Counted from the whole stretch's first letter, positions 1 through 12,939 are shown. The stretch is 63,779 nt of DNA, filler included, from Guillardia theta CCMP2712 (GCF_000315625.1; 8 parts of 8 records of this genome joined end to end with filler, not necessarily neighbours in it), one strand, 5' to 3'. The notes: a model not told the origin generated them from the sequence alone. Made by a program: numbers and translations.

Positions 1-999
1 ACTACTACCACGACACACACTCCCACCCCCCACCCCCCCGCCCCCCTCCCTCTTCTTCCTAGTCCCTTTCTCTTCCCCTTTCTCCTCCCCTGCGTCTGCT
101 TCACTTCCGTCCTCCTCCTCCCCTCCCCTTCTCACCACGACAGGAGAAATTCCGAACGATCGCATCTGAGACAAGGAGTCAATAGCAGGACGTAGTCGCA
201 TGCTCACCGCACCCATCAAACTCTCCGAGCTTCGTCCTGTTCAATCCTCCAACGCGGCGAAGCTCTGCACCCCAAGGCAGAGTTGCCTGCTCGAACCCTG
301 CTCAGCCAAGGCGCAAACTCTGCCTCCGATCTACCTGCGACGGGTCTGCCAGTTTCCCGGTAGACATCTCCATGCAATATCCATTCTGACGTGTGCGGGG
401 AGGGAACATCGGAGTGAAGTCAAGGAGGAGGAGGAGAAGGAGGGAAAAGGAGAAATCCAGGAAGAAGAAACAGAAATGCGGACAAGGCAGAAAAGGAGAG
501 TCAGAAGATAAGGTGGGGGAAAGCGAAGAGAACAAAATCATTACCCCGCTGGCATCGAAGGGGAGTAGTCTGAGAAGGAGCGGGCAGTTGACTCCGATCT
601 TGCGAGAAAAAAGATGAGGAGGAGAACATTTTTGTCGGGCCTGATCACCTCAAAGGAGATGTTGGGAAGTGGGGGCAGAAATTGCACCTGCGAGGGAGGA
701 GAACCAATCAAGACGGGGGAACAGCAGCGGATAGAAAGGAGAGCGCATGTCTTACAACAGGTGCTATCACGTGAATCTGGAAACACAAGCTCTGTGAACC
801 ATGTCATGCTCAGTCGCTATAAGTGCATCCTTGCACCGTTGCGGAGTTGTTGCTGTCCGTTGCCTGGAAACAAACTGCAACCCAAGAAAGGTACGTCAGC
901 GCACTGTCTTCTCAAATCAGTTGACTCTGCCTTGATAGCTCAATCCCTCCTGCCCTGCCCTGGGAGTGAACTGAACCCTGTTCGAACATCGCTCACATC

Positions 1000-1587
1000 T
1001 TACAGACTCTGACCAGTCGTTTCTCTCACCTCCTCATCGTGTACCATTGGACAAGCGTCGCGTTCAACGAGTAGTCCATGACGTAGCTGGCCAGGTAAGT
1101 CACCTCTGAAATTTGACAGCCGTTGGGCAGCCCCTGCCACGTACATCACTCCAGCAGAAGCAGAACAGGAGCTCTTACCGCCACGTTCAACACTACCATC
1201 GAAGTGTTCGACGCAGCTGTTAAGTTGTTTGTTGCTGATACATTGAGGTCCAGCGCCTATCCAACCATGACACGTCAATTGGTCTGAAGACACCTGAGCC
1301 TTTACCAGACCTGTCCTACCACGATGCTGTACTCTTTCTTCGCTGCGCAACTCTGATAGCGGCACCTGAAGGCTTTTCAGCTCGTTGAGAGACTTGAGCA
1401 TAAATGCTCCATACCATGAGCTAGTGTCCGTCCCATCACCGACGAAAAGAACCTTCTGGAAGTTAGAGGTCGAACAATCTAATACGAACGGAGTACATGT
1501 GCAATGGCTGGCTGAAGCACCACCAGCAAACAGACAACCCACGCAAACATGGGGTTGAGACGCATGAGAAACGATCCTGATGCTCAA
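1000..1587 (-). CDS. Probable large exon of an uncharacterised multi-exon gene (other exons likely between ~140 and ~1740)
   Basis: 195-codon complex ORF flanked by intron-like low-complexity purine tracts; no family recognised. Confidence 0.3.
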   Translation of the reverse strand: MSIRIVSHASQPHVCVGCLFAGGASASHCTCTPFVLDCSTSNFQKVLFVGDGTDTSSWYGAFMLKSLNELKSLQVPLSELRSEERVQHRGRTGLVKAQVSSDQLTCHGWIGAGPQCISNKQLNSCVEHFDGSVERGGKSSCSASAGVMYVAGAAQRLSNFRGDLPGQLRHGLLVERDACPMVHDEEVRETTGQSL

Positions 1588-1820
1588 CTGTGAGCTGTAA
1601 GAGCAAGGTCGCGTCCTTCTGCTCTCCTTGCAGCTCCTCCTGCTTCTTCAAGGCTCCTCCTTGACCCCTCCTCGATCTTCTCACCTCGAATTTCCTGACA
1701 GTCACACTGAGACGAGCAAGTTGAGCTATTGACAAGTCTTCATCTCCTGACTTGTAGAGTCAATCAGTCTGAAAGTTTTCCTTCTACGTTCCTTCCCTCT
1801 CATCCTCCTCCTCCTTGCTC

Positions 1821-1883
1821 CCCTCCTGCCCTCCTGCCCTCCTGCCCTCCTGCCCTCCTGCCCTCCTGCCCTCCTGCCCTCCT
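1821..1883. repeat. (CCCTCCTG)n 8-bp tandem repeat
   Basis: Read directly, about 7-8 units. Confidence 0.85.
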
Positions 1884-2137
1884 CATTCGTCCCTTCCCCA
1901 TATCTTCGTCCTCCCCCTCCTCTTTCTGACCCCTCTACTCCTGCATATCCAACCGTTTGTCAATTTGGCCTGTGAGGGGACGAGGGCAATGCAGGATTGA
2001 ATACCCTGGAATGATGCGCTCAGGAGGCGGTGTATGGGGACCCTGGCTTTCATCGTTTGCGTGCTCGCCTGTTTCGGCAGTATCGCTCTCGTATGGGTCT
2101 TGCCGTCCTCCTCGCAGGGGCCTTGCGCTACTGCTCT

Positions 2138-2309
2138 TTGTCCTGATCCTTGTTCCCCTGCTTGTCGTGCATGCCGTCGCTTACGTGGTTGGAGTGCCGG
2201 TTTTCGCTGCCTCCTTCGTTTCCTAGTATTTTATTGAGGCGGGTTTGTTGGCTCTATCCTCCCCCTCCTTTGTTTGCTTCGGTTTGTCCTTCTTTTTCAG
2301 TCAAATAAA
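2138..2309 (+). mobile_element. Dispersed short retroelement-like repeat, copy 1, ending in AATAAA
   Basis: Near-identical to 42899-43012 and similar to the reverse complement of 12432-12617; shared 3' end. Confidence 0.6.
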
Positions 2310-3142
2310 GGAATGGCATGATGCCGGCGGCAGGTCAAAGGAGGAACACCCGCTGGAAGAGCCGCCATCCTCTTCATCCTGCTCCTGCTGCTCCTGCCGC
2401 TCCTGCCGCTCCTGCCGCTCCTGCTCCCGATCCTGCTCCTGCTCCTCTCGCTCCTTCTTCTGAGCTTGCTTCCCACGCTCCTTCTGCTCCACTTGTTTAT
2501 ACCCTGCCTTCATGTATGACTCTGTCGCGCTTCTCGGCGAGATTTCAAACAGACACCATAGTCTTGTTTCGTCTCACATCCTCCTCCGATTTAGCGCAGA
2601 GCTCAGAAATGTACCAGGATGCTACTGAGAGCAGTGTTGCGGGGAGTTGTGTGGTATGGTAGCCATGTTGGAGACGGAATGAAACAGCGAGTGAGGGAAC
2701 AGAGTTAGAGAGTATGCAGAGACCTTCAGGGGGTAGAGGACAAGCATGAAAGACTGTTTTGACATCTTATAGCGATTTTCAATAAGATTGTCTGGTCCCC
2801 AGAGCCACACAGTTGAGTACCACCAGCAACGCGCAGGTAGTAGTGACATACGGTACTCCTAGCGTTGTTGCCAGCTGACAGCAGCAAGTGTCTTGTAGAG
2901 CTTCATGGTACAAAGAAAATTCATTAAAATAAATTTGTTGATGGGTACCTCGCTGGGGTTGAAAAACGCCCCTCTCTAATGCAGCACGGGCAGTGGAGGA
3001 ACGTAGGAGGAGTCTTCGAAGCTGAAACGTATAATACAGCACTCTCATTCATGTGAATAAGAGGGAGAGAGCAAGAATAATCACTTCACTCGCTTCGCAC
3101 CGTCGATGCGGAAAAAGGGATTGGGCGCAGCAAAATCCTGGA

Positions 3143-3574
3143 TTACAGAATCAAATACTCGGAGCCATCTGAAGCCTGATCGCTGCTCCCGATGACCGTG
3201 GACTTCACGTGATAATTGTCATCAACGCATTGCTTCCTTGAGTTGATGCACCGATGACACGGCCTGCCGTCCTCGCACTTCTGCTTCTTCATCCTGCAGC
3301 CGACGCAGGCTTGCCTGCTGTACTTCATTGGCCTTCCGCCCCTCTTTCGCCTTGGAGGTCTTGACGCGATCTGAGCAATTTCTTGGCTTGCTGCAGGAAG
3401 AAAACCTGACGTGCTGTCCTCGAGCTGAAAGACGTTGAAGGACTCTTGACACTCGTTGAAGCTCAGCGGCTCCTGTTCAAAGAAGGACAGGAGGTCGTTT
3501 GGGTTCAAGTCGATGAGCGCGATGGCGTCGTCGAGGGAGAGGACCGGAGAGTTCATTGGTTCGCTGTTCATCAT
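3143..3574 (-). CDS. Zn(II)2Cys6 binuclear-cluster transcription factor
   Basis: ACVGCRMKKQKCEDGRPCHRCINSRKQC fits the CxxCx6Cx5CxxCx6C Gal4-type pattern; likely ATG at 3574. Confidence 0.8.
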   Translation of the reverse strand: MMNSEPMNSPVLSLDDAIALIDLNPNDLLSFFEQEPLSFNECQESFNVFQLEDSTSGFLPAASQEIAQIASRPPRRKRGGRPMKYSRQACVGCRMKKQKCEDGRPCHRCINSRKQCVDDNYHVKSTVIGSSDQASDGSEYLIL

Positions 3575-3739
3575 GGCCGAACAGTGGAGGAGGTCAAGGA
3601 AGCAGCACGTGGAGCGAGGGAGGAAGGGGGAGGATAGACAGAGGAGGGGAATATAGGGAATTCGGTACTGCGTGTCGGGGGAGAGGGGGCTTCCGAAACG
3701 GTGCGATTTCAAGGCTGAATGACTAGTCTATCCCGCGGC

Positions 3740-4570
3740 ACGCAGTACCGGGTCAGACCGGCGAAGGAGGCACAAGGGCAGCGGCTGCAGGGTGCTAGTA
3801 GGAACTACGGTAGACTCTGCTGCTGCCCAATGTCCAAACCCTATGAAAACTCCTGAGGCTGGCCGGTCTGATCATCGGTCTGGCACGGTCGTGAGGGTTC
3901 CGAGCCTGTCCGGTCCGACCGTCTGTAGTATCCACATTTGCTATATGACTTATGATATCCAACTTGAGCCGTCAAGGGCCCGCCGCACCGAGCTCAGGCC
4001 GTGAAGTTGAAAGTTGGACAGTGCCGCCGCTGGGGCTGCGTGATCGGCTGCCCGGAAGTGACAGGAAGCGACGGTTCGGTACTGTCACACGCAGTGCGGG
4101 GCACGGCGTACCGAACTCGGAAACTCACTTTCGTTTACTTAAAGTTAAGTTTTACACGTTTGGAAGTTCACGGTTGTGCCGGACGGTGGCGGCCGCGCAC
4201 CGCCCGGTCAACCCGGTCAACAGGCACGCGGCCTGCGTACTGACCGAGGCTGAATTCCGAGTTCATTCCGAAGTTCCACTTTACTGACCTCCGAGCCTGA
4301 GTGGCTTCTTTACTCAAAGTTAAGTTAAAAATCAGTACGGGGACAGTGGCTAGCCTGTAGCCTGAATTCCGAGTCCGAGTTTACTCAATCGGCCACCGTG
4401 ACGGCCGCGTGAGTCTGCCGGGCGGCCGTCCGACGGGACTGAACTTAACTTTGAGTAAACTGACTGAGCCGCTACCACACGCCCCCCGGGCCCCGGGCCG
4501 TTTGTCCTTACAAAGTTTACTCAAAGGTAAGTTAAAATAAAGTAGTACAAGGTGTTCCTCTGACACGAAG
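3740..4570. promoter_or_regulatory. CCGG-rich intergenic island with four TTTACTCAAAGTTAAGTT-like motifs
   Basis: Motifs at 4134, 4309, 4442 (reverse) and 4516, between two divergent genes. Confidence 0.4.
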
Positions 4571-5320
4571 TACCGGGCGCCAATAGCCCCGCTTTTCGCA
4601 AAAAGTCTTTTTAGTGGTCACTGCACGGAGCTCCTTTCAGTGGTCACTTATTGCCACCCCCACCCTCCGAACCGTATGGGAAAACCACGGGTCCGAGTGC
4701 CGCTTTTACAAGTTAGGGCACGTTCAGTACGCGTAAAGGTACACTTTACAATTACTAGTAGGAGGCTGGTAAACAATGAACTTGTGCCGCTACAGACTGA
4801 AGTTTTGAGAGGCTAGGATGAAGTTTTGAGAGGCTTGTCAACATTCCCCCGCCTAAGGTTCACTTCTGGGGCTCTTACAGCCCCGGACCTGTCGGAACTT
4901 TGTATGGGGTACATGAACTTTGGAGGGGATTTCGGAACTATTGAGAGGCCAACGGAACATTATTAGCCTTACTGGCCCCGTCGTAAACTTGTAATCCGTT
5001 TACTTCCGAGCACTTTCTACCTAAATGTGTTCACTTTTATCCTAATTTCTACAACTTCGGATCTAAAATCAATAAATATTGCTACTTTCAGGTTATTGTA
5101 CCAGTTCGGCAGTTGCCGTAAAAAAAAGGACAAAAATCCCGTCTCCACCGGCCGTCTTCCATCCTCCGTACCCTCCCACACACACCCGCACTCTCTTCAT
5201 ACCTGTCCTTACCCTCTTCTCTTCCAATCACCCTGTAGATAGAACTCGATCGCACTTTCTGTCGACGTTGGTCAAAATACTAACCAGCCAGCACTCCTTG
5301 TCTTCTTATCCTGTCATCCT

Positions 5321-5650
5321 ATGGTTTCACTCCCCATGATTTGGGAAACCATTGATTTCCTCGAGCAACCTTCCATCCTTCCTATTGACGAAGCCATAGC
5401 TCAGATCGAAGTAAATCACGACGATCTCCTGGCCTTTATGCAGCAGGAGGCAACAAATCTCGACCAGCAGGCACCCCTCTGTCTCCTTTCGGGACCTATT
5501 GTTTCCAAGCCACGGCTAAAGTCAAGGGGGAGGCCGATGAAGTACAGCAGGCAAGCTTGCGTCGGCTGCAGGATGAAGAAGCAGAAGTGCGAGGATGGCA
5601 GGCCGTGTCATCGGTGCATCAACTCGTTGAAGCAATGCCAAGATCAGTGA
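5321..5650 (+). CDS. Zn(II)2Cys6 transcription factor, paralog of 3143-3574
   Basis: GRPMKYSRQACVGCRMKKQKCEDGRPCHRCINS is identical to the paralog; N-terminal PIDEAIAQIEVNHDDLL is related. Confidence 0.8.
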   Translation: MVSLPMIWETIDFLEQPSILPIDEAIAQIEVNHDDLLAFMQQEATNLDQQAPLCLLSGPIVSKPRLKSRGRPMKYSRQACVGCRMKKQKCEDGRPCHRCINSLKQCQDQ

Positions 5651-6331
5651 GTGAGAGTGAGTGAGAAAGTACCCGAGATGGAGACAAGAAGCATCTGAAA
5701 TAAGATTTAAACCTAGCACATACATCACTTAACAGCAAATGCTCTGAAACAACAATTGCGCTGTTTGTGCATTCAGTAAATAGCGCAATAGTTCATGCAT
5801 ACATAAATTAATGAATAGAAGGCATAAAGGGAAGGTTTGATCAGAGATCTTGATGGAAATGCTCAGTTGTACAAAAATGAATCATAAGTGCTCTGACTTT
5901 ATCTCCTCCTTGTTACTCTGTCACTTGAAATCACAACACAAGCTCCGTTCACGTTTGTTCGTAAACAGCGTGAATACTCGTGTGAGCATTATTATTGTGT
6001 CACATCTCAACGCCTTGCGAGCAAAAGTCTGCACAGAAAGCTCAAGGCTCCGCCGCTGACTGATAGCACCTGGAGCCAGATGTGTCCATGGAATGAGGTG
6101 AACTGAGAAAATGTATAGACGGCATTGATTGAATTCGCGTTCAAAGATAATGGGCATTCCGTGGAGTGAAAAGGAATCTTGATCAAGCAGTGGCAAGTGG
6201 CAAATCAACATTTAATTGCTAGGTAATTTTTCTGACCCTCCATATCCCTGTACATTCCCGCTACATCTCTTCTTTCCTTTTTTCTCCTCCCTGATAGGAT
6301 ACCATCTAAACTCTTACTTGCATCACCGCAA

Positions 6332-6435
6332 GAACTTCATTCAGAAGCATCATACAACCGCGGATGAACTTCATTCAGAAGCATCATACAACCCGCGGAT
6401 GAACTTCATTCAGAAGCTTCATACAACCCGCGGAT
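6332..6435. repeat. Three copies of a 34-35 bp tandem repeat (GAACTTCATTCAGAAGCATCATACAACCCGCGGAT)
   Basis: Read directly; downstream of the methyltransferase stop. Confidence 0.85.
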
Positions 6436-6564
6436 CAGACAGACAGCAAGAAAAATGCTGCAGCCATTCCCACTTAGCAGGATGCGAAGATGGCAGAAAC
6501 CAAGCGACATGCTTCCTATCAGCTTGTTTGCTTGCCGACTAGGGATCTGAGCTCGGCGAGTCTT

Positions 6565-7802
6565 TCAAGAGCTCTTGATCCGGATGACATACCCCAGGTA
6601 TTCCTGAAAGGCCCTTATCAGTAACACTCCAGCAATTCTCAGCTCCATTCTGTCACCTGGTCCGGCTCGTAATATGCGAAGAGCTCGTGCAAACTCGGGT
6701 TGCAATGGAGAAGTTGCGAGGAGAACTCGAAGCCTCTGCGCTCCAGTTTCTCCTTGAAGGATACCGTCCCCTTGCGATGCTTCAGTGGCGTGATGATGAC
6801 AACGTTTCCTCCTCTTGGCAGCGCGTATGGCAGTACCCCCAAGATCAGGTCGGCCATTTCTTCCTCATAGATGATGTCTGCAGCTACCACAGAGCTGAAC
6901 CCTTGAGCCTTCAGCAGCTTGCTCACGCGTGGCTTCGCCACCTCAGCCCAGTCCAGATCCAGCACCTTGCACGTCCTCTCAACCTGATTCACTTCCACAT
7001 TCTCCTGCATCCTCGCCAACAGCGCGGGTTCCCTGTCACTCACTACCACCTTGTGTCCCTGTTTGGCTAAGGCAATCCCGACGACTCCCAGCCCAGCTCC
7101 CAGCTCCAAGATGGGTCCTTCTCCTAGCAGAAGCGCTCCAGCTATCGAAGAGAGCCATCGGATCAGAAGGAGCGAGCTTGCCCATATCCTCCCGCCTGTC
7201 AGGTGAGCCCCTCCAAAGTCGAACGAGCTCATCTTCTTCTCTACCCCGTAGATCTTCAGCTTGCTCAGCTTCTCCTTGGGATTCCTCACCCACACTTCGT
7301 AGAGCGCGGCCCAGCCCGACCAGTTGCTCACGCTCTCCCCGTAGCCGTTTGGATCTATATGCTCGTAGCACAACTGCTCGATTCGCGAGATGCACGCCCG
7401 GTCTTCGTCGGAGGGCTTGACGCCGACATCGAGAGGAAGCTCCTTGTATCGGTTGAGGTGATGGCAAGCCTCCTCCGACACACTCACCAAGGCGTCCAGG
7501 TACTTGAGGATTGCGCTCTGAATCTCACCTTCCTCATTCCTCCTGAGCGACTCTACGAGACTGATCGCAAGCCCGCAAGAGGTCAGGTGAGATGCTTGTT
7601 CCGCCTCCAGAGGCCATGGCAGATCTCTTGGCTCAAAGCAAGGATTGATCGTCACGTCTGTCCGAAGCTCATCTGCTTTGCCGGCCTCAATCACCACGAC
7701 CCTCACTCCATGCTTTGTCGGTGGCTGGACAGTACTAGGATGGCGAACGTGCTTGAGCCATTCAGTTGGCGACTTTTCCCACTTTCCTCGCAAGAGAACC
7801 AT
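6565..7802 (-). CDS. METTL21/METTL23-like protein lysine methyltransferase (Methyltransf_16 family), spliced
   Basis: TGGRIWASSLLL, ILELGAGLGVVG, VVSD, LDW and AADIIY motifs; intron ~6604-6656 gives last exon EYLGYVIRIKSS*; 5' end uncertain. Confidence 0.8.
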
Positions 7803-9200
7803 AACAAGATATAACCAGTCAAAGCATTGCTTGACACATGATTCTGCAATGGCATGTTAAACGTATCACATTACATACAAAGCCACGAGGCATCTGTTAG
7901 TATCGTCTAGACAACCATCAAGATCGATTCAAGGAGGCAAAGGAACCGATCACTGATGACATGATATCGCAGTGATGCTCTAGCATATTAGAGATTCTGG
8001 ACTTCTTGTGTCTCATCGAGACTAACCAATCAATACAAGCAAATTAGCTGTCTGTCGTGTTCATGGCTTGATTTCCTGTAAGCAGTCTTGTGCATACTAT
8101 TCTCCACTTTCATCGATCTAGTGAGTATCTGATTTCATCTCCTTTCTTCTCTTCATCTCATCTCTGTTCCTAGTTTCGTTTGATTTTCTCTCCTTCCTCT
8201 CTCCTCGTCCTCCCCAGAACAACGTGCCGCATGCTTTCCATAAGATTGCGATCTGAAGTTTTACAGGGGTGGGTGCTCAAAGATCATATAGTAACACCCC
8301 TACCTTTAATAGTTCAAAGTAGGGGTGTATTTTTATCTGGACCGGTACTCCTTCCCGACTGGGGGAGCAGACTGGGGGAGCAATTCTCAATCAGTGGTAT
8401 TGAATCCTGAAAATACTTTCATAACTATAGAGATAATTTCAAATATGAGACATAAGTTCGGTGGAATAGTTTTGAAATTGTGCTATGATAGGAAAGCTTG
8501 GTTAGGGGGCACATTTTCCTATGACCATCCTAGGGCTAACTGAGACTTTCTGTGACCGGGTCGGTGAGTGGACTCCGATCCGGCCCGCGTCACTGAACTA
8601 TAAGTATTTTTAAAATTTTGTACCACACTGAGGTTCCTAGCCCCCCCCCTATGACTTTCCTAACCCTTATGCAAGTAGACCCTCAGGTCTTACCAGGATA
8701 ATTCCCCCTACTAATTTCATGGTATGCTAGGGCCGTAGGATCCTATGTCCCCCTAGGTCCCGGCCATGGCTGGGTGCACATGCTAGGCAGTGGAGATGGC
8801 AGGGAGCTTAACTAGTTCGTTGCATGCGCAAGTCATGATGTTCCTCGCCATGCTGTCTATAATTGTTTCCTGCCTCCTCACTGCCTCGCCTGACTGATGT
8901 ACTGCTCGTCTTGACCCATCTGACATGGTTGTAAGCCACGGTTGTAATAGCTCCATATTTCCCCATAACGTAGATGCTGAACAAAGAGCAAAATTCATAA
9001 CTTCTCTTCCTATTCAATTTTCCTGATACTCTGGTTACTTTCTTTCCTCATAATCTTGAGAGACAGGAGGCTGATCACAGCGTGAGCTCGTTTGCAAGTC
9101 TGATAGTCTTGTTGCAGGTTTGAATGGAGAAATCTTGATTCCCTCTTCGTCTTTGTTCGGCATGCATTGAAGCTGCCTGAAGGAGCAACTCGCACACGCG

Positions 9201-10277
9201 ATGATCGACGACGTCGACGATTGGATTTCTAACATGAGCGAGGCCCTGGAGAATTTTGACTCTCTGGACAATGAACACCACAAGGCAGAGTCGGCACATG
9301 TCTCACCTGACCACGCGTCCAAGAATCAGGTTGAGACTGTCTTCCTCAGGAGGTTCTGCGAAGTGATCGAGTCTTGCGACTCCTTGGTGCCTGATCTGGA
9401 GATCAAGGGATACTGCGTCTTGGACGATGCGTTCCAGCCGGAATTCCTCCGACACATCGTTGACGAGATCGACATGCTCCGGGACTGCTGCACGATGGAG
9501 GCTTCGCCCAACATGCTCAAGGGGAGGGATGGGGAGGACTTGGTCTTGATCAAGGAGGGTGTGCTGGAGAAGAGCATCGTGGTTCAGGACGAGCTGATCA
9601 TGGGGGAGGGGGCGTTGAGCTTCATTCCAAACCTCAGACGCCTCTGCGAGTGCAGGTCACAGATGGTGTCGGTGCTGCAGTCAAAGGGGGGCATCCTCTC
9701 CAACGTAACAGCTCTGGATCAAGCAAAGGTGACTTACATCAGCAAGAATGGCGCCTTTCCTGTACATGTCGACGCGCACCCTGTTTATGATCGCATGCTC
9801 ACCATCACGCTCTATCTGAACGAAGGATACCAGGATGAAGATGCCGGAGAGTTGCGCTTATTCCCTTTGCCATACCAGCCATTTGATGTGAAACCCAAGT
9901 TTGGACGGATCGTTTTGTTCTCTTCCATTCACATGTACCATAGAGTCATGCCCAGTCAAGGGGAAGGCAGATACACCCTGGCTCTGTGGTTCACTGGAAC
10001 AGACAATTCGTTTCCCAAGTGCTGCTTCGATCCTACAGATCCTCGTTCAGAAGGTTTTGAGCAGCACGTCTTTGCAAACCGAGACTCTCTTCCTTTTCTG
10101 GTCTATTATGAAGAATGCAAGAGATCGATCTTGGAGTCTTTTGACGGCAACGACCAGGACAAGCTTGAAAGCGCCCTGGCAGCTTTTGAGAAGAAAGTTG
10201 AGGACTACAAAAGAAGGCTTGGCGACTCTCTGTTGAAGCAGCTTGAAGAGTTTCCACTCTTGCACAAATTGGGATGA
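9201..10277 (+). CDS. 2OG-Fe(II) oxygenase, EGLN/prolyl-hydroxylase-like
   Basis: HVD...RMLTITLYLN...GELRL...PKFGRIVLF...HRVMP...RYTLALW supplies the HxD..H..R set. Confidence 0.85.
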   Translation: MIDDVDDWISNMSEALENFDSLDNEHHKAESAHVSPDHASKNQVETVFLRRFCEVIESCDSLVPDLEIKGYCVLDDAFQPEFLRHIVDEIDMLRDCCTMEASPNMLKGRDGEDLVLIKEGVLEKSIVVQDELIMGEGALSFIPNLRRLCECRSQMVSVLQSKGGILSNVTALDQAKVTYISKNGAFPVHVDAHPVYDRMLTITLYLNEGYQDEDAGELRLFPLPYQPFDVKPKFGRIVLFSSIHMYHRVMPSQGEGRYTLALWFTGTDNSFPKCCFDPTDPRSEGFEQHVFANRDSLPFLVYYEECKRSILESFDGNDQDKLESALAAFEKKVEDYKRRLGDSLLKQLEEFPLLHKLG

Positions 10278-11219
10278 ACTTGGGGGTCACGGTCGATGGG
10301 GCAAGTTGCGTATTTGTGATAATATTCTTTTCTTAGATACTCAAGTTACAATGACATGACCGTACTGTATGGTCTGCCTGAACGTACACGTCCGCGCCCG
10401 GCGATCGGAAGCCTGTGAGCCCTGCGGCCCCGGGCGCCGCCGCGGCGCGCGCCGGGCCCGGCCGGGCGTCCCCCCGATCGGACGGTCCCGCGGTTTCTGC
10501 AGTGCGGAACTGCGGCAAGCCCGCCACCGTGACTCTGAGAGCACTGCACTGCCACCGCAAGATCAACGGTTCTCAGTCTCCGACCCGCGCCCGCCGGTCC
10601 ACCGTGGCACCGGGCCGGCCCGGGACCGGGCTGCCCGGCGCCGGTTCAGCCACAGTGGCACTGAGTGCTATCAAAGTTTACTCAACTTTACCTCTATCAC
10701 CGAGAACTCCCCGAGGTTGCCGTCGTTGTACCCCGCATCCGTTCCCTCCCCTCCCCCCCCCCCCCCCTCCTGCTCCTGTACTGCTACTCCTCCTTCCCTC
10801 CTCCTCGTGCTGAATCCCCCCGAAAGCCCTCTTCTCTGTCAATACTCCAGATCAAATCCGTCCATAAGGTGTGCTTTGCCTCAACCACCCTTCACTCATG
10901 ACTCTTCTTGCTCCTCATCTTCTTATCGCAATGCACACTTCTATAAGCGCTCTCCTCTACTTCATCATCATCATCGTTGCATGACACTTCTCTCTCTGCA
11001 CTTCCTTCTGGAAGGGGACAAATAGTCGATTGTTTCACTCCCGACCGATCCCTCCCCCTCGCACCCCATCCGTTCAAATCTCTTGCTTTGAGCGGGTCCT
11101 CCCTCCTTCCCTCTCCTTCTAGCAGCATCTTCCAGGTAGTCCGGCTGACAGTCATATTACAGCTCTGTCTCCCTACACACAGCAACCTAAGTCCTGTCCC
11201 TTTCCTTCTTGGCCGATAC

Positions 11220-11900
11220 ATGCCAACTCAGCACTACCCCGTCCCCAAGTTTTACGCATCGGGGACAGGGAGAGATCTGTACCTTGATCCAAGGAATGGC
11301 CAGGTGAAACATTTCGACAGAAGTCTCCAACTCCCTCTCATGTTACATATACAGGGCTCGCAGGACGACGGAGCGCTCAAACGAGCTCATCGCCGGACCA
11401 TCCGGTACTTGTGGAGCGACTTGCGATAAGAGCTCTCTCGTGACATTGTGAGCAGCTTCAGGGACTTTGACAGCGACGCTGAAGTCAGCCTGCGATGGTG
11501 GAGTCATCTGCCAGCGTAAGTAGTCGAGGAGCAACAAGCTGGTTTTTCTTGATCAACATCCAGGGGAGGAGAATTCAAGTCAAGAATTCAGAGGGAGCGT
11601 GCTATGGCGAGCAGGTGGAGGAGGTGCGGCTTCATTGTGTGGTTGACATGCTACCTCCACCAGGCTCTCTTCGATCCATCCCGGCTCCAAGTCTAAGTCG
11701 AGGACAAGGCTAACTTCTAGTTTGAACCTAACCATGGAAGAAAGGGTACGACATACCTCTCTTTCCCACACGTTCAGCCGTCTTCTGATCCTGTTGAAAG
11801 CTGGCCCTCGAGAAGTTCAATCCGTTCAGCCCTCATCAAAGAACGATCAGAGATTTCTCGGTGCTTGCTGCTTCGCTTGTAACCCGACCCAGTTAGCTGT
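11220..11900 (+). CDS. Possible small multi-exon gene with a YASGTGRDLY motif
   Basis: ATG at 11220, GT donor at ~11304; motif resembles Y..DG(S/T)GRD repeats of ciliary proteins (inference). Confidence 0.25.
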
Positions 11901-12431
11901 CCTGACCACCTGAACTCTCAGGCACTTTATGGCAAAGACAGGAATCCAAACAGGTTTGAACCAAGTCGCATGCTTGCGCATGGTGGATTCACGAGTATAA
12001 TCTTATGAATGCCATGATGATGTCAATAAACGCCTCCCGGCACTCTAGTCCAGACTGAGACTGAACAACTTCTGCCGGTCGGCCATGTTCAGTTACGGTC
12101 AGTGTGACTGGGCTGAGCCCGGGGGAGCAGTCCGACAGTGCCCCCCATCCCCCCGGACTCGGAGCCGGGGGCGCCTGCGTTGCACGGACCGGCGGCCCGG
12201 GCCGCCGACGTGACTCTGAATCAGCAGTGCCGCATGATTCCGTTTGCCGCAGTGCTGAGCCTCCGAGAGTCAGTCACACGGTGACGGTCACCGGTGCTAT
12301 GTGACACCCGGCACATAGGGGCACCAGACGGGGTTGCCCCCGTCAACTCCGGGAGTCCGTCCGGCGTCAGTCTACCCGCGGCCCCCGCGATTGGCCGGGC
12401 CGGCGGCGGGAGCCGCCCCGGGAACGTTGTT

Positions 12432-12617
12432 CTTTATTGACTCAGAAAAAGAAGGCCCCGGCAAACCGGAGTGAAACGGGAAACTGAGGGGGAGGATAAA
12501 GCCTACAACCCCGCCTCAAGAAAACACTAGGAAACGAAGGAGGCAGCGAAAACTGCTACTCCAACCACGCAAGCGACGGCATGCACGACAAGCAGGGGAA
12601 CAAGGATCGGGGGGACA
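12432..12617 (-). mobile_element. Dispersed short retroelement-like repeat, copy 2 (more diverged)
   Basis: Reverse complement matches 2138-2309, including CCTTGTTCCCCTGCTTGTCGTGCATGCCGTCGCTT. Confidence 0.6.
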
Positions 12618-12790
12618 GTTCGGCGATCCGAACTTCTCCGGAACGAGAACTTTCACTCGCTACTTTGATATTCGGGCTTGACTCAGAGAATTTCCAATAG
12701 GTCTTGATAAGACAGCAATGTTTGACTAAGTGATTTTGTTCCTGCCTTTTATAAAATGGGAAATGCGGCCAGAGTTCTTTTAGACAAGAA

Positions 12791-12855
12791 TGCTGCTGCT
12801 GCTGCTGCTGTCGCTGCTGTTGCTGTTGTTGCTGCTGTTCTTCCTCCTCTACTTT

Positions 12856-12938
<83 letters not shown>
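12791..12938. repeat. (TGC)n and (CTCCTG)n microsatellites
   Basis: Read directly; the same hexamer repeat recurs at 53911-53980. Confidence 0.9.

Positions 12939-12939
<1 letters not shown>

Noticed and set aside
2138-2309. Hammerhead ribozyme in the dispersed element
   Set aside because: No CTGANGA core with a suitably placed GAAA was found by eye
4560-5140. Non-autonomous DNA transposon between the Zn-cluster genes
   Set aside because: No convincing TIR pair or TSD identified
6687-7814. Overlapping plus-strand ORFs opposite the methyltransferase, and similar antisense ORFs elsewhere
   Set aside because: Shadow frames of GC-rich coding sequence with no motifs
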